64,000 nucleotides of DNA, from assembly GCA_039545335.1 (NCBI GenBank), contig BCIN01000003.1, positions 372,001-436,000 of the forward strand, in the 5' to 3' direction. The position numbers and the translations under genes are program-made. The notes beneath the pieces are model-generated. The model was given only the letters and a program-made list of their open reading frames with translations, had not been told where the DNA came from and did not search any database. Shown here piece by piece: positions 14,416 through 28,235 of this stretch. Positions within the stretch are counted from its first letter, which is position 1. Each line of letters opens with the position of its first letter. Source of the stretch: Kondoa subrosea. Its lineage: Eukaryota.

Positions 14416-17400
14416 TCACTTCCATAATTCCTTGGCTGTCTTGGATTTTGCCTTCTTTTTGCTACCAGCGATATTAATTTGACTTTGGCTAGCTGTAGGT
14501 CTTTCTTCCTCTTCTTCGCTATCTGAGCTCTCCGAAGAACTTTCTGATTCAACTGGTTTCTTGTTCTTCGCCGCCAACAGAGCAGCACTTCCAGATCTAG
14601 TACTTCTGAGTTGAGATGATAAATTAGCAGTTTGCTGATTCTTCTGAGCCAATTCCAACTTTTTCTGCTGTCGAACACTTCGATCGCCCATCTGACTTAA
14701 CCGAATAGGCTGTGGCTGAGAGTTGCGATTAGATGAAGAGCGAAGAGAAGAGGTTTGGTAGCCGTTGCTGCCCATTCGAGTGGCACTTCGTATAGGCGGT
14801 CTCACTGAAGCATAAGCGAAATCGAAACCACCTAATTTCGGTACGACTGCTCGAGGCGTTCCTTGTTCCTCTTGTTCCGAACTACTTTCTCCAAAGAGTG
14901 GCTTGGAATTGTTAGGTGGAGGAAGTTGAGTATTACCTGTTCGACGAGTTAGATAAGCGTGCAAAAAAGCAGCGGCTGCTTACCCTCATCAGCCTCGGAT
15001 GTTTCAGAACTCGACTCGTTATCTTCTTCTTCAGCAGCAGATCCTTGCAGTTCCGACTCATTTGAGACTACCCGGCCAACTACTTTGGTAGCTGGAGAAA
15101 TGCCCGTAAGCGAAATTTGGATCTCGTTACTGGAATCACAAGTCGACTGACGTGATGGTCCACCAGGTAAAGCAGGAGCTACAGCAGTTTTTGCTTCTTC
15201 CTGATCTTCTACATCGGTTTCCTCTTCTTCTTCGTCGTGTTCTGGCACTTCGGGAGCAGGCGTCGGCGAGGAATGAAAGCGTACTTTGCCGGCTGCAGGC
15301 GACTTGACTGTATTGAGGTGATTAGGCGGAAGCGTGAAAGAACTTTCCAATTCATCAATCCGTTGCGGCTGAGTACTCTTTGGCGCTGCAAAGTAGTTGA
15401 TTTTGTGAGCGGCTTTCTGGGGCTGAGCGAAAGAGCTTTCCAATTCATCAAATTGAGAATCATTGACTTGAGTTTCCGCTTGGCTTTGTGCCATCGGGGG
15501 TGAGTCGAGAACAGGGTAAATTGAGCCGAATGTTGGGCGAGAATTAGCCTGGAGTGGTATCTCGGATGGATCATGGTCGCCAGCGGACAAATGCCTGTTT
15601 TGCGAAGATAGCACTGGCTCAGAATAGCCTCGATGACGATCGACAACTTCAAGCAGATTATGCGCGAATTGGGAGTGCGGCTGAACAGCTTGGCTGTCTT
15701 CGTATCCACGAGAAGCTTCTTTCGCAGCTGCGAGGGCTTCTTCGTCGCCATTCATCAATGCAGGAGTAGGCATGCGCTGCAAGATACTTTCAGTCTCGTT
15801 CTGAGACAAACAGACTTGCTTACGCTGAGACTACCTTGTCTGCTGGGCGTACCCGCAAAGTAGGAGGCAATTTCCTGGCCTTCTGCACCAAACTGAGAAT
15901 AAGATTGAGCCCGAGTATTAGGTTGAGGGGAAAGACTCCGATTCGCTTGGGACATTGAGAGCGAAGCCGACATCTTGCTAGCGGGATATTCATCTTCAGC
16001 ACCTTGATTCTTATAAGATTTTGTGTGGAAAGACGTTTGCTCAGCTACGCAGATTCTTTCAGATCTATTATTACTGAGACTGTAAGAAGCTCACCTGGAG
16101 GAGTGCCTTTTACATCAGAAGCGAGTATGTTGCGATCAGCTTCTTTGCTGATTCTCGTAGTGCCTTTGGTAGATTCGCTGGATGTGGTAGAAACAGCAGC
16201 CAGATCATCCTCGGCGCGATCTTCGCTCGTTTCGCTTCCTGCCAGCTGACTTTGAGCTTGGCCTTGCAATAGTGTATCTTCTGCTTCCAAAACAGAATCT
16301 GCGTCTTTTCTTGCATCTAGAATAGTAGAAGCATTCGCCATCTCAACATCCGAATCTTCTTGCGCGCTAGGTTCAGGCTCGGCAATTTCATCATCATCTT
16401 CGTCACCTTCTGCATGCACTGAAGGTGGCTTTGATAAGAAGCCTTCGTCATCGCTGTCTGATTGTGGTTGAGGGATATCTTGATCAGATTCATGCTCCGA
16501 CTCGCTCACGCTATCTCGTCTGGATTGATCGAGCAGCTTCAGCCGTCTTTTTGTAGCTGGGGAAGGTTCGCGAGAACTCAGGGGGTTTTCGGCTGATGAT
16601 CTCTCGTCCGAATCCTCCTTGTCTGATGTAGGAGGGGAGCTGAGTGGGATGTCGGCTAGCGAGATACGAGGTCTACCGCCGCGAATTAGAGCATTGACTG
16701 TAGCTTCATCGTCTTCGATAGGAGAGCTAATTGAGGGTGCTGAGAAGGTTTGTTTCTTAGGAGACGGGAGAGAAGGTTTAGGTAATTTGGAAAGTAGGCG
16801 AGAGGTGTTAGCTGGTCGACGATCGCCATCGTCCGAGTCAGATTCGTCCGAAGAAGAAAGAACTGCTCCTGGCTTCAGTTTTGCCAAAGCTGGTATTGCA
16901 GGTTCAACTTCCGCTGATTTGACTGTATCGCGCATGACTTCGCCTTCACTCTCATCAGCAGCTTGAACAGCTCTCGACTTTGATTTGGAACCAGGAAAAG
17001 ATTTAGCTTGAGTGAACGGAGAAGTCGATTGGGAGATCGTCGGTTCGGGAGATCTCGTTTGACCAGACCCGCGAGAGTGCATTTTGAGAATGGATTTATC
17101 AGTAGCAGGGGAGCTCTGGCGCACTTCTGGCGCGGGCGATTTGCTTGTCGCAGAAGTAATCTGTCTCGACTCTTGAAGCGCAGGTTCGGTTTCGGTAGAG
17201 ATAGTCGAAGTTGTAGGCAACGGAGGAGACAAATTGCGAGAAGTGGAAGCCATTACAGTGGGCCCAAAAATATTCTGATGAATAGTAGATTCGACTGGCA
17301 GATCAGTTGGTTGCGCGAATCCATCTGCTATCGATTGCTGCCGCGGTGTAGGTTCTGCAGCCACTACTTGCTGATCTTGATCCGGTTCGGTCATAGTGGC

Positions 17401-19922
17401 ATCTTCTATAATTGAGTCGGCCACAGCTGCGGATTCTGCGGGTTGCACAGGTGCTTCTGAGATTTGTCTGATTTCTTCAGCAGGAATAGCAGCATGAGCC
17501 GAGCTTGAACTGCTTATTTCCTCTTGCCGCGCTTCCAATGGTTGAGGAGCAAGACCGAAGAATTCTCTAAAGCTGTCTTGATACACTGCTTGCAATCTAG
17601 CCATTTCAGTAGCCATTGTGTGACTGGCTTGAATCATACGAGCAGCGGCAGCTCTTCCTTCAGATGTAGCTAACCGATTTGCGTAGTCGAACGAGGTAGG
17701 CAAAGCAGGCGGAAAAGAAAATGTTGGTATAGAAGGAAGCTCAAAGCGCTGAGGCACGGGTGAGTGAGGTGAAGGCGGACTAGCAGTCACACCAATGTCT
17801 CTCGAGTGAGCTACAGCATTAAGTGACTGAGTCTGAGTTGCGAAAGATCGCCTTTCCACAACAGGCCGAGAACGAACTGAAGCTGCTCTAGTTGTGATAG
17901 CAGGAGTAGGCAATGGAGCTACTGTCTCTTTGGTATTAGATGGAGGTTCTTGAGGTATAGCAGAAGGATCTCGAGATATTGGGAGAAGCGAGGCTTCGCG
18001 AGAAGCTGGGATAAATTCGTCCAATTGTGCTTGATCACCCGAAGGTTGCGGAAGCGCTTCTTTTGGAATAGCAGGTTCAACTTGAGCTATAATAGGAGAA
18101 GGAGGAGTGGAAAGATCCATTTCTATCTGAACTGCTTCGTCAGATTCGCCAGTCCGTTCGATAGGGGCCACATCTGGTTCAGGTAAGTCTGTGAAGAGCT
18201 GAGGTCCTTCTTTCTCCTGAGATGGAGCTACTGTGCGCGAGTTCTGTGTCTCCGACCGTACCTCTTCCTCCGAATCAGAAGTGTTCACTTCACGTGCGGC
18301 TTCTTTCTGCTTGGCCGCTGATTGTTTTGACTTCGCAGTTGCTATAGATGATGCTTGGTGGGAAGCTATCGGAGGAAGAGGAGATATAGTTTTCGCTTTG
18401 CCTTTACCCTTGGTCGTGGGAGGCAGTTCTTCCTCTTCTGATGCCGAGGATGAGGAAGATTCATTCGAAGATGATGATTCTTGAACAATGGGTTTCTTCT
18501 TTTCAATAGGCAGGCGAGATGATGAAGCTATCGGAGGAGGAAGAGAAGGCTGCTTACTGGGCAAAGAGAAACCAGGTTCCGGAACAAAAGGAAGCAGTAC
18601 AGGAGGTGCCGCAGGTGTCTTGAATGCCTTCTTGACTGCTTTAAGGACAGCGGTGGTAGCAGCAAATTTCGCTTTTTGAGGAGGAATTGAAACAGAGGTA
18701 TCCGGCAGCTGCTCTGCAAAGGGGGACTCAACTTGAGCAGGAGGTGATCGATCCTTCTTCTTTTTGGCTCTCTTTCTGGGCGGAGATTGATCCTCTACCT
18801 CTTCGGGAGCAGGCTTAAGCTTTTCGACCGCTTTCCGTTTCGTTTTTGACTTCGGAATGGCTGCTTCCTCTTCAGGTCCACTTTGATTCGCTACACTTTT
18901 CGAACTAGGAGCTAGTTTCTTGTTCATCTTCTGCACCTTTCGCACTTTGTCGGCAGCTTTATTCACAGGGACTTCCGCTTCTGACTGATCGACAGGTACA
19001 GGTGATACCACTTTCTTCTTGTCCTTCTTTGCTTTAGTCGTTTTGGCAGGCTTTTCAGATGCAACAGTGGGAATTTCATTATTATCCTCCATCTCCTCCG
19101 TCACAGGAACAGCAGATTTGGCTTTCGCTTTAGCTTTCTTCTTTGGTGGCTTCTGAGGAGCCACATTTTCGAGAGCGAGAGAATCGTCCGGGAGTTCATC
19201 AGTCTCAGTAGGTACAGCAGGTACCTTCTTCTTTCCTTTGACCTCATTGGACGTTGTAGAAAGGTTGGAGGGAGTTATTGGAAGTTTGGCTGTAGAAGAG
19301 GGACCAGAGCGAGAAGTAGGACGAGATGGAGCAGATTGACCTCTCTTACGAGACTGAGATGCTTTGACTGGATCCTTCTCAGCAAGTCGATCCATCAGGG
19401 TTTCGAAAGGTGTAGCCTCGTCTTCTGTTTGCGAATGTATACGTCCATAAGCCGAAGAAGCAGACTGACGTCTGGGAGTTTTAGAAGACCGACCCTGTGT
19501 CTGAAGTGCCGGCACCTGTCTATCTCCTGCCGCGGATTTGGTCTTGCTCTTGTAAGTAGCTGCCTTAGTTTTCTTCTGCTTCTTTGCTGGTCGCTCCGCT
19601 TCAAGTTCATCTGGATCGTTGGACTGCGGAATAGCGAGAGCCTCAGATAAGACTTGAGGTTACAACGTATTGCGATGCTCACAGCTAGTTCATCAACGCC
19701 TGATCCAACTTGTTCTGGTTCTTCGACAGTCGGCCGTTTCCTTTTCCTGGGCACAGGTGTGGGAATATGCACTACAGCTTCACCCTCTGAGGCAGCGTCT
19801 TCAAAGACAGGCTTCCTTGAAGTTTCTGGCTGGAACGAGTAGCCAGCGGGCAGCGACATCCTAGACTTCATGTTCTCCCTCGCCTTGTTGAGCTCTTTGA
19901 TGCTGGGTAGCTGGACAGCCAT
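14416..19922 (-). CDS. Very large low-complexity S/P/K/E-rich, probably disordered nuclear protein
   Basis: 1156-aa ORF plus flanking ORFs (19395-19922, 14949-15809, 14416-14964) separated by short introns. Lys-rich NLS-like tracts; no globular domain recognised. Confidence 0.7.
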
Positions 19923-20220
19923 TCTTGCTCTTGTTTGAGCCCACTCTGGCCGACAAACGACAACCTTCTGAATCTGAAAATTTCACTCTGGTCTTGAACA
20001 ATGGTCTGCAGAAGGAACATCTGCCGGTGTGCTGATAAGTCTGATGCATACTGCAGTGTCTTGTCAATATGTGGTATTCCAACATTCGCATCCAATTCAC
20101 TTTCTACGCGCGTCAGACTCAATACATTTACTTTCACAGCTTCTCCTTAGGCTTGCTTCTACTCTCATTGCTATCGTACATTGCGATCAGCCTCTCTCTG
20201 TGATCATCTGCGCCGTGATC

Positions 20221-21173
20221 CTACAAGCTGTAGCCTGTCTTTTTTACTGCAGCTTTGTACTTCTCTCTTGCCATTAATCCGTCGAGCCATGTCCCGATGT
20301 GAGGGTACTGATCAAACCCTTTGACACCAAGTTTGCGTTTGAAGATGAATTCGATCGAAACTAAAGCAAGCATCCTGAGCTCATTGAAAGAGCTACAAGA
20401 AGTTGCTACTCACAGCCCATCATGATATCCGCCAGAGTAATATCATCGCCCACAAGATATTTCCCATTTCCTTTTGACAGAATACCTTCCATCCAAGCCA
20501 TATCGCGGTTCACGTGAATAGACATGAAATCTTCCGTATGCTGTAGATCTCCATTCTCTTTGCTTCTTTCTGTAGCTCCCCATCGAGCGTACACGATTGC
20601 GATACCGCTGTTATGGTCGAGAAGACAGGTTAGCGAGTAGATTGCTAAAATGCTAGGTTTTGGACTTGCTGTAATGCGAATTGGCCCTCACTGAATTGCA
20701 CTGTTATCACTTCTGAAGTCCTGTATAGGAGCAAATAAAAGACTCACGCAGCATGTAACCACATCCTCACTTCTGCTCTTGCAGCAGGATCAAGTGGTAA
20801 GAACTTATGTTCCGTATCATACTTCTCAACCAGATAGCTACATTCCCGGCAGTACATCAGTCCATGATGCAATTGATTTTGTTCTGGGTGACTCACTCGC
20901 AGATAGCACCGCTTTCACGAAGCAGCAGATCCCCATCGCGTAAGACTGGAGATTTACCGAGCTCGCTTCCAGAATCTTTGGCTAGTTCAGGAGGAGCTCG
21001 ATTGTTGACTCGAGGGTAGGAAGTGTTCTTGTAGTCCATTCCTAGCTCTTCCAGTACTGTTGACGTGAGATAGAAGATCAAAAGAATGTTTAGCGGAACT
21101 CCGATGTTTGCTCACGCCAGGCTATTCGAATTGATCGTGAAGCATCAAGTGAGAACAGATGTAGCTCAGACAT
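20221..21173 (-). CDS. Glutathione S-transferase (Gtt1-like)
   Basis: SRSIRIAW-LEELG, LGKSPVLRDGD...ESGAI, YLVGDDITLADIMM and YPHIGTWL; ends KKTGYSL*. Confidence 0.88.
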
Positions 21174-21404
21174 GAGTGTCGACGCTAAAGGTAATAACGT
21201 TGCGCAAGAATAAGCCGCTAAAGAAATGTTATTTGACGCAAAATGGGAACATTTTGTGGGGTAAAGGATTGAGTATATAATTCTCATTCCTCCATTGCCG
21301 CGAAGCTAGCATATGGGAGCTATGGAAGACGCTATGGGAAATTTAATCATGCATGCAGATACTCAATGCTACCATCTTTCGACTAAACGCTATCTGTTAG
21401 TAGG

Positions 21405-22072
21405 TCAGAAATGCTTAGCTTAGACTGGGAGAGATTAGCGAAAACTGACTTTTGCGATCCTCCAAATTCTGTTTTAAGAGCAACAACATTTCAGCCATTT
21501 GAACTTTGATATCGGCAACATCCTGCTCTATTTTCTCAAAGTCGTTGAAACGTCGTTCCAGATGACTGAACCTTGCTTCCAACGTTTCGATTTGCTCGTT
21601 AGTAAGTCTGAATCGGCCTGCGCTGGCCAGGCTGCCGGAAGCTGGAAAGAACGATCAGAGACAGATGTAGAGAAGCAGATCGCGAAGGCTTACAAGATGA
21701 GGCAGGGATTGACGCTTGCGTCATATCCACGGAGATATCTGCTTGTTCAATCTAAGGTGCAATCAGCATGCGGTGGGTACATTGGCTGAAAGAACAAACC
21801 TCCGACTTGACGTTCGCCAGGTGCATGCGTTCCAATTCTCCAGTGAGTCCGAGACTCGACTAATGCGAGTGATTTCAGTCATCGTGCACTGACCTGAGTT
21901 CTAGACATCTTTCAGTCATCGTGCACTGACCTGAGTTCTAGACATCTATTTAATCCGAATCAGACTATCCTTTGCAAAGGCGGCAGAACTGGCTTACCTT
22001 TGATGCGCTAGAGACGTTTGTTTTCCCGTCCTCTGAAAGATTGGCCGGTGTAGCCTCTCGGTACTGTGTCAT
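21405..22072 (-). CDS. Small hypothetical coiled-coil protein, about 4 exons, not represented in the ORF track
   Basis: MTQYREATP...SASK | NSGQCTMTEI...VKSE | IEQAD... | SSGSL...IETLEARFSHLERRFNDFEKIEQDVADIKVQMAEML...KHF* with GT-AG introns. The first junction is ambiguous. Confidence 0.5.
21873..21947. repeat. Perfect 2 x 37-bp tandem direct repeat
   Basis: TTCAGTCATCGTGCACTGACCTGAGTTCTAGACATCT at 21874-21910 and 21911-21947. Confidence 0.95.
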
Positions 22073-22516
22073 ATCGTTCTGGGCACTTTTAGTATAAGCA
22101 AATGCAGGTTAGCGAAAGCGCGCACTAGGTTGTTCAGGCAGACGCAATTGAGGTCGAAAAAGAACGCCTCAAGAGCCTGATGTCGGTCCACGTCAATAAG
22201 CGAGCCACGTTTTGTTATTGTATGAATAGAATCCTCGGAAGCAGAGCGAAGCATGACGCTCGAAGGTGTTACGTGAGAGCAAAGCCAGAATATTGGAGTC
22301 ACAGGCACAAGTCACAGCACGAGCAAGAGCAAGGGTCAGAGCAAGAGGCATTTTTGACCTAGCTGAGGAGAGAGAAAAAGTCAACATCTAAGTTCGATTA
22401 TATTCGAACGCTCAAAGTATAACTGAGAAATATTGTAATTCAAGAACTACACTTCAGCTACATCTAATGGGGTAGATGAGGAGCCTCTGTGGGGGAACGG
22501 GCTGACTATATAGATC

Positions 22517-25500
22517 TCATTCCTCCATTGCCGCAAGGCTCGCATATGCACCATTTCCCTTCCGCAGCAATTCGTCAGGTGGACCAGTCTCGATGATTCG
22601 CCCTTGCTCCATAACAATGATCTGATCCATTTCAGCAACAGTCCTGGACTGCATGATCAGTCTTTTGCCGATTGAGATGGAATTAGCGGCGTACGAGATC
22701 CGGTGAGCAACACAGATGACCGTTACTCCATCAAGGGCGGTCTTCAAGACTTCCTGTACAGCTGAGTGGAAGAACGCCATTCAGTCATCTTCACAGATGG
22801 CGGAGCAAACCTGACCTAAATCCGTCACTTTGTCTAGAGATGCACTTGCTTCATCCAGACAGAGTATAGGACGGTTTCGCACTAACAAGACTATCAGCTG
22901 GAGGAAAAAAACTTTACACCAGGGTCCTTACATAATGCTCGAGCCAGAGCTAGCAGCTGCCTAGCCCCTTTTGATATGCTTTCTTGAGTATGAATATGAT
23001 AATCGAGCTTCCCTGGCAAGTCTTCGACAAAAGCTTTCACTTGAGCAGCTTCAAGTTTTGACCATAGCTCAGCATCTCCGTGTAAACCCTCCGGGTCCAA
23101 GTTTTGTCGTATGGAAGTTGATAGTAGCATACTGACTTGTGGAACGAGTGTCAAGGCTGAGCGGAGATGCTGTCTAGGAATAGTAGCGATGTCTCGGCCG
23201 CTGATCATTATCGATCCTGTTGGTTCCACATCGACCAAGCGGAAGATAGCCGCCAGCAGACTGGATTTTCCTTTGTACAAAACATCAGAATCGGAGATGT
23301 GAGGTTTCCAACGCATACCGGACCCGGTCCTTCCGACTATTCCAACCTTGTCTCCTGCCTTGATGGGGTAAGTGAAGTCGGAGACTGCTGGAAGACCTTT
23401 GTCGCTATATCGAACAATCACTCATTCGAAGAATATCGTCGGCTGTTGCAGCCATGGTATGTTTTTGGCGCTTCTAAAACCGTTCCGTGTTCTTCTGGTG
23501 GTACTTCAATGATTGTTTTGACGCGATGAACTGCAGTCGATGAGATTTCCCAGCCTGCGAAAACAATCAGCAGTGAATGCCAGGACAGATGGCAAAGTAC
23601 TAGTCAGCGCAACGAAGGTCTTCTGTAGCATTCCTGGTGGAGCACTCAGTATCAACGAAAAGACTCCTCAAACGTCTTACCTGGAAGCAGTATTAATTGT
23701 AAAATAGCCAAACCGAGACCATCTTGACTTTTCCGCCGGTTTGTGACAGCGACAGGCAGGAGAACGAGGACGAAAGCAAGACTCAAAAAGCCAAGCATGA
23801 AGGCATACCACACCTGCACGGACGATCATCTAAAAAGCATAAGAGGCAGGAAACACATACCTGAGCATATTTGAGTACAAGATAAGGCTTGTTGGAATTC
23901 GTCTAATGTGCAATTCCTCGTCAGCGAATTAGGTTGCACAAGGTAAGGTGCCTAATATACAATAAATTGTGTTGCTTGGGTAATCAGGTGACGCTCTTCT
24001 CCAAATGCACGAACACATACAAGACCCCCGGCTAGGAGCTCGTCACAGGCCGTATAGAGTGCTGATATTGTAAATGAGCGATGTTGACTGTCATAATTGG
24101 AGCTTACGACTCCTGGCTGCAGATTCCAGCCGCCGCATCTATAGGCGTTTTATAAACAAAATTTTCCTGTCGAATCCTGAACGCACTTGAGTTGAGGTCT
24201 TTATGTAGAACCGGCGCAGAATTTCGCCGCCCACGATAGCCTGGAAAAGAGTTTTAGGAGATTGCTGTCTATAGGGCGAGTGCAAACGAACAGTCGCCTG
24301 GTAAACCACTCAGTGAGGATCAGCATACGATAGGATAGACGTACAATGATGCACAGAGATACAGGCGAAGCGATAGCTATGACACTGCACAGATCCATGT
24401 CAGATCTTAATCTGCATTTCTCCCATTGACCAACACGATCTGCGACGTAACGTTCAATATATTCTGTTGCGCCTGTAATTACCGGTCAGATGAGTATATA
24501 ACAACATCGACAGAATCTTACAAGCCAAATGTACTTAGCAAACTCGGTTGCATACAGGTTATCATCCGTGCCGAATCGATTCTGTATTGTCCATCAGCTT
24601 GGAATAGCCAGCATGAACTTGCTTTACGAGAATATAGCCGGCAGAGCGCTGATTGAAGAAGACCATGCGAGTGGACAGCACTGGATAGCAATTGTATAAG
24701 AGACCACAAAGAGAGGGAGAGGGGTAAGATTACACGCAATCAACGCTTTCCGATGCGTACAATAAGAGCTTCTGCAGGGTATAACAGCTTGCTCAACTTG
24801 AGTAAGCCGCTTAGCTACTGATGCCGAGCGGAGTTTAGAGCGCTCACGTATCCACCAAGCACCCGCAAGCAAGCAGACACAGACGGTCAGGGTAGCATAG
24901 CCTCCTATCCAGCGAGCCGCGTATTTCTCTCGACCTGAATCTGTCACCCACTCTTTAGCGTAAATCTGAAAACCGACTTGTAGAAGCGGCCAAGCTAGAT
25001 TCAAACTTCAGAACTGCAGCTGATATAGGAGCCATCAATTACTTATTAACGTGAGGCCAAATTCCAGACCGACTACAGCCCATCCGCCGCTTGAAAGATA
25101 CAGGGCTGAAGCTGCTAGTAAGCCTTGAGTAGATTCCCTTGTTTCCACCTGCAGTTCCGTGCTCTCGCTCGTCAATTCAGCATTTGATCCAAATTGAGAG
25201 GCGACTTCTATTGCCCCTTTGTGATATTTCACTTGTGCCTCGCTTAGCCGGCAGAATGTAGAAAAATCTGCTCGCTCCGATAGCTGTTCGTAGCTTCCTT
25301 CTGCCAGCGTATCATATCCAGTCAGGTAGACAATGTGATCTGCTTTGCGAAAGAGGTGTACCGCGTTTGTTGCAATTACCACAGTCTTTCCCTGCAGAAG
25401 GCCGTTGTAACCAAAAAGCGATTGCCAGACCTGCTGAGTCGTTCGGTTGTCCAAAGCTGAGAAGATATCCTATGAAAACGGTCACAAGCATTCTGGACCG

Positions 25501-28235
25501 TAGAAAGAGCATTCACATCCAGCAAAGTCAAGTCCGCGCGAGCATAGACGCATCGAGCCAGAGCTATGCGCTATTTTGACTATCAGTATGGACAGTCATG
25601 ATCACTCAGGTTATCACCGTACAGCTTGCTGTCCACCTGATAGACCCACTGCTCTGGCTCCATCTCCATTGACCATTATCGAGAAATCCTGAATGAGGGC
25701 ACAAGCTTCCACTGTCCTTGCGTAGTAGTCCGAATCGAACGCTTTGCCATAAAGAATATTATCGCGCAGCGACATACTTTGCGCAATGTACGGCTCTTGA
25801 GAACAGTAGGCTCTTCGCATACCTGGACAAGCAGATTTGCTACCTAAAACCAGGTCGTATTCGCCGAGCATTGCCAGTAAGCAGCTTGACTTGCCGCATG
25901 ACACCGTTCCCGTCAATAGACTCAGCTTAGTAGGCGGGCAAATGAACGTGAGTTTAGCAGCAAAAACTTGACCTCGCAATCCAATGGAAGTTTGGTGAAA
26001 CGAAATGCCGCTCGGATATATCGCATCTCTGTCAAATGAGCCTTCTTTCTCTTGCACTTCGGTTCCCAATTTTGCCATTGGCCGCTCTTCCCGCAAAAGG
26101 AATGCCTCGATACGACACAAAGAACTCCAAGCGCCAAGCAGCTGATTGTAGTTCCACATAACCTCCCCTGCTAGCATTCGTAAGCGGTGTTGAAAGCATA
26201 CCAACCAGACGACGAACAAAGCATAAGGTGAATAATTTCAAATGCAGCAAGAACCGTGAAGACGCGTCTCATAGTAAAAGGGTGTTCAATGTCAGTCAGC
26301 AGAGCAAATGCACAAAGCAGGAATGCGCGAGTAAGGAGTAAATTCCTGCAAGATGATTTTAGCTCACGCAATGCAATGGCACAACCCAACTTGCCAAACA
26401 TTGAGAGTTCCAACCAGAGAGTCGCGAATATAATAAGCTTTCATCGCTGCAACCTCAGACTTGCGTAGTAGGTCATATTTTCTCAGTAATGGCAACTCTA
26501 AAGCGGAAGACTTGATTGCTGCCATGCTACTTATGATGAAAGACAGATATTGCATTCCTGCATCAAATGAGTCATAACATGACATTACATGAGCATGGGT
26601 TTCTTACTGGCGTCTGTTTTCTTGGACCATTGAGCTTGAAAAACAGCGAACATAGGTGCTGTTATAAAGATGACCAAGCTGGCGCTTCGATCAGCTTCCT
26701 GACAGCAGGAAGAATTGGACAGGACCTCACATAGCGAGTACCAAAGGTACAGCTGCAGCCCAAACAGCTCTTCCAATTTGCTCGCCAATTATTCTACTTG
26801 CACCTGAGATACGCAATTGGTTCATCTTGATTGAGTGGCTTACGTTAATGCAAGAGGTGAGATGAACAGCAGGCCCAAAGTGTGGTATGGTACTTCTGAA
26901 ACAGCGCTGATTGATACGTGATAAGCGGTAGCTTGGTATATCACATTCGTCACTCGCCTGATCCGGTTGATGTCCAAAGATACCATGGAAGAAAGATTTC
27001 CTAGGCCGATATCGCTTGCTACAAAAGCATGCATGACGAGCTACTGATCGTCAGACCATTCAGTGGATGAGCGAGTGCACATACAGCTTTGCGATATACA
27101 GCCTCAATAAGAGCTTGACGAACCAACGCAGCTATACTGAAGGCAGCTCGGGACCCAGCCGCAAGAGCAATTGGCGTCAGTAGATAGGTAATCGCAAATG
27201 CAGCGACCAAAGCCTATCCATACTCGACAGGTTGCGGAACATCAGTCTGCCAAGATTGCAGGAAACCCAAGAATACGTCGAGTTCCAATGGCGTAGAAAG
27301 TAGGAGGAGCCACCAGAAAAAATATGGAAGCAACGGATAGAGTAGTTCCTTCCGAAAAGCAGAAACCAGAGATTTTAGCAGTCTTTAAGCATTATTAGCA
27401 AGCGTTAAAGCAAATACATGTACGCACGGAAAGCGCGATGGGCCAACCGCATCCCAGCAAAGCTGAAATCTAAGGTATATCCGTGCTGAGTCTTCTTGCG
27501 CTTCTCCCAGATCGCCAAGAGCCAAATTTGGATTCTTGAAGCCTTTCTTTAATGTTGCGAGCAGGAAGACGAGAAACCAGCGTGAGAGCGGTGTTGCTGC
27601 CTCTTCGCTAGTAATGACTTTTTCTAGTCTCAAGATTGAGGTCTTCGAGATATTTTCAAGGCATAACAAGAGTACTCTTGAAGCATAGCTGACAATAAAG
27701 CTTGCCACAAAGAATCTTTTTGAAGACATATAGCCAACAAGTACGAATGATCTTAATCTCGCTGCATCCAGGCAAAGACTGAGTAGAAGCGCGAGAGAAA
27801 GCAGACTTGAAGACTGGATCCGACGATAATGTTCCAAATGAGCGACCGCGACCAAAAGCAACTGTGTAATAAGATTAGCTTACGGCGATACAGAACAATC
27901 ATACCTACCGAGATAGGCAAGGCCAAGACAACAGCTACAATACCATACGGAGACTCTGTTATCTCTGTCGTCCAGCCTGCAATAGCTAGCGTGCTGCCCA
28001 GTGTACCTAATGCACCGCTTGAGATTTTTGCTAACCATAATATTGTCGAGTATCTGCCGCTATCACCAACAATGGTTTTGCTTTGGAGGTCATACAATCT
28101 GTACAGGGCAAGAGGCAGGAACAGGGCGGAAGGTATGATAAATATGGAAGAAAACAACAGAGCGAAATCAAAGCGACAGTCAGAGCCGGGGAAAGCTTGT
28201 GCTTCCCAGCTCCAGTCAGAGAAGCATAGGGACAT
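22517..28235 (-). CDS. ABCC/MRP-family ABC transporter, many introns
   Basis: Fungal TMD0-type start (CRFDFALLF). NBD1 has GTVSCGKSS, LSGGQ and DIFSALD. NBD2 has GRTGSGKSS, ISKGARQLLALARAL, LDEASASLD and VAHR. Not every junction was verified. Confidence 0.85.

Noticed and set aside
22940..22985. Degenerate ABC signature (ISKGA) in NBD2
   Set aside because: Asymmetric, degenerate NBD2 signatures are normal in ABCC transporters.
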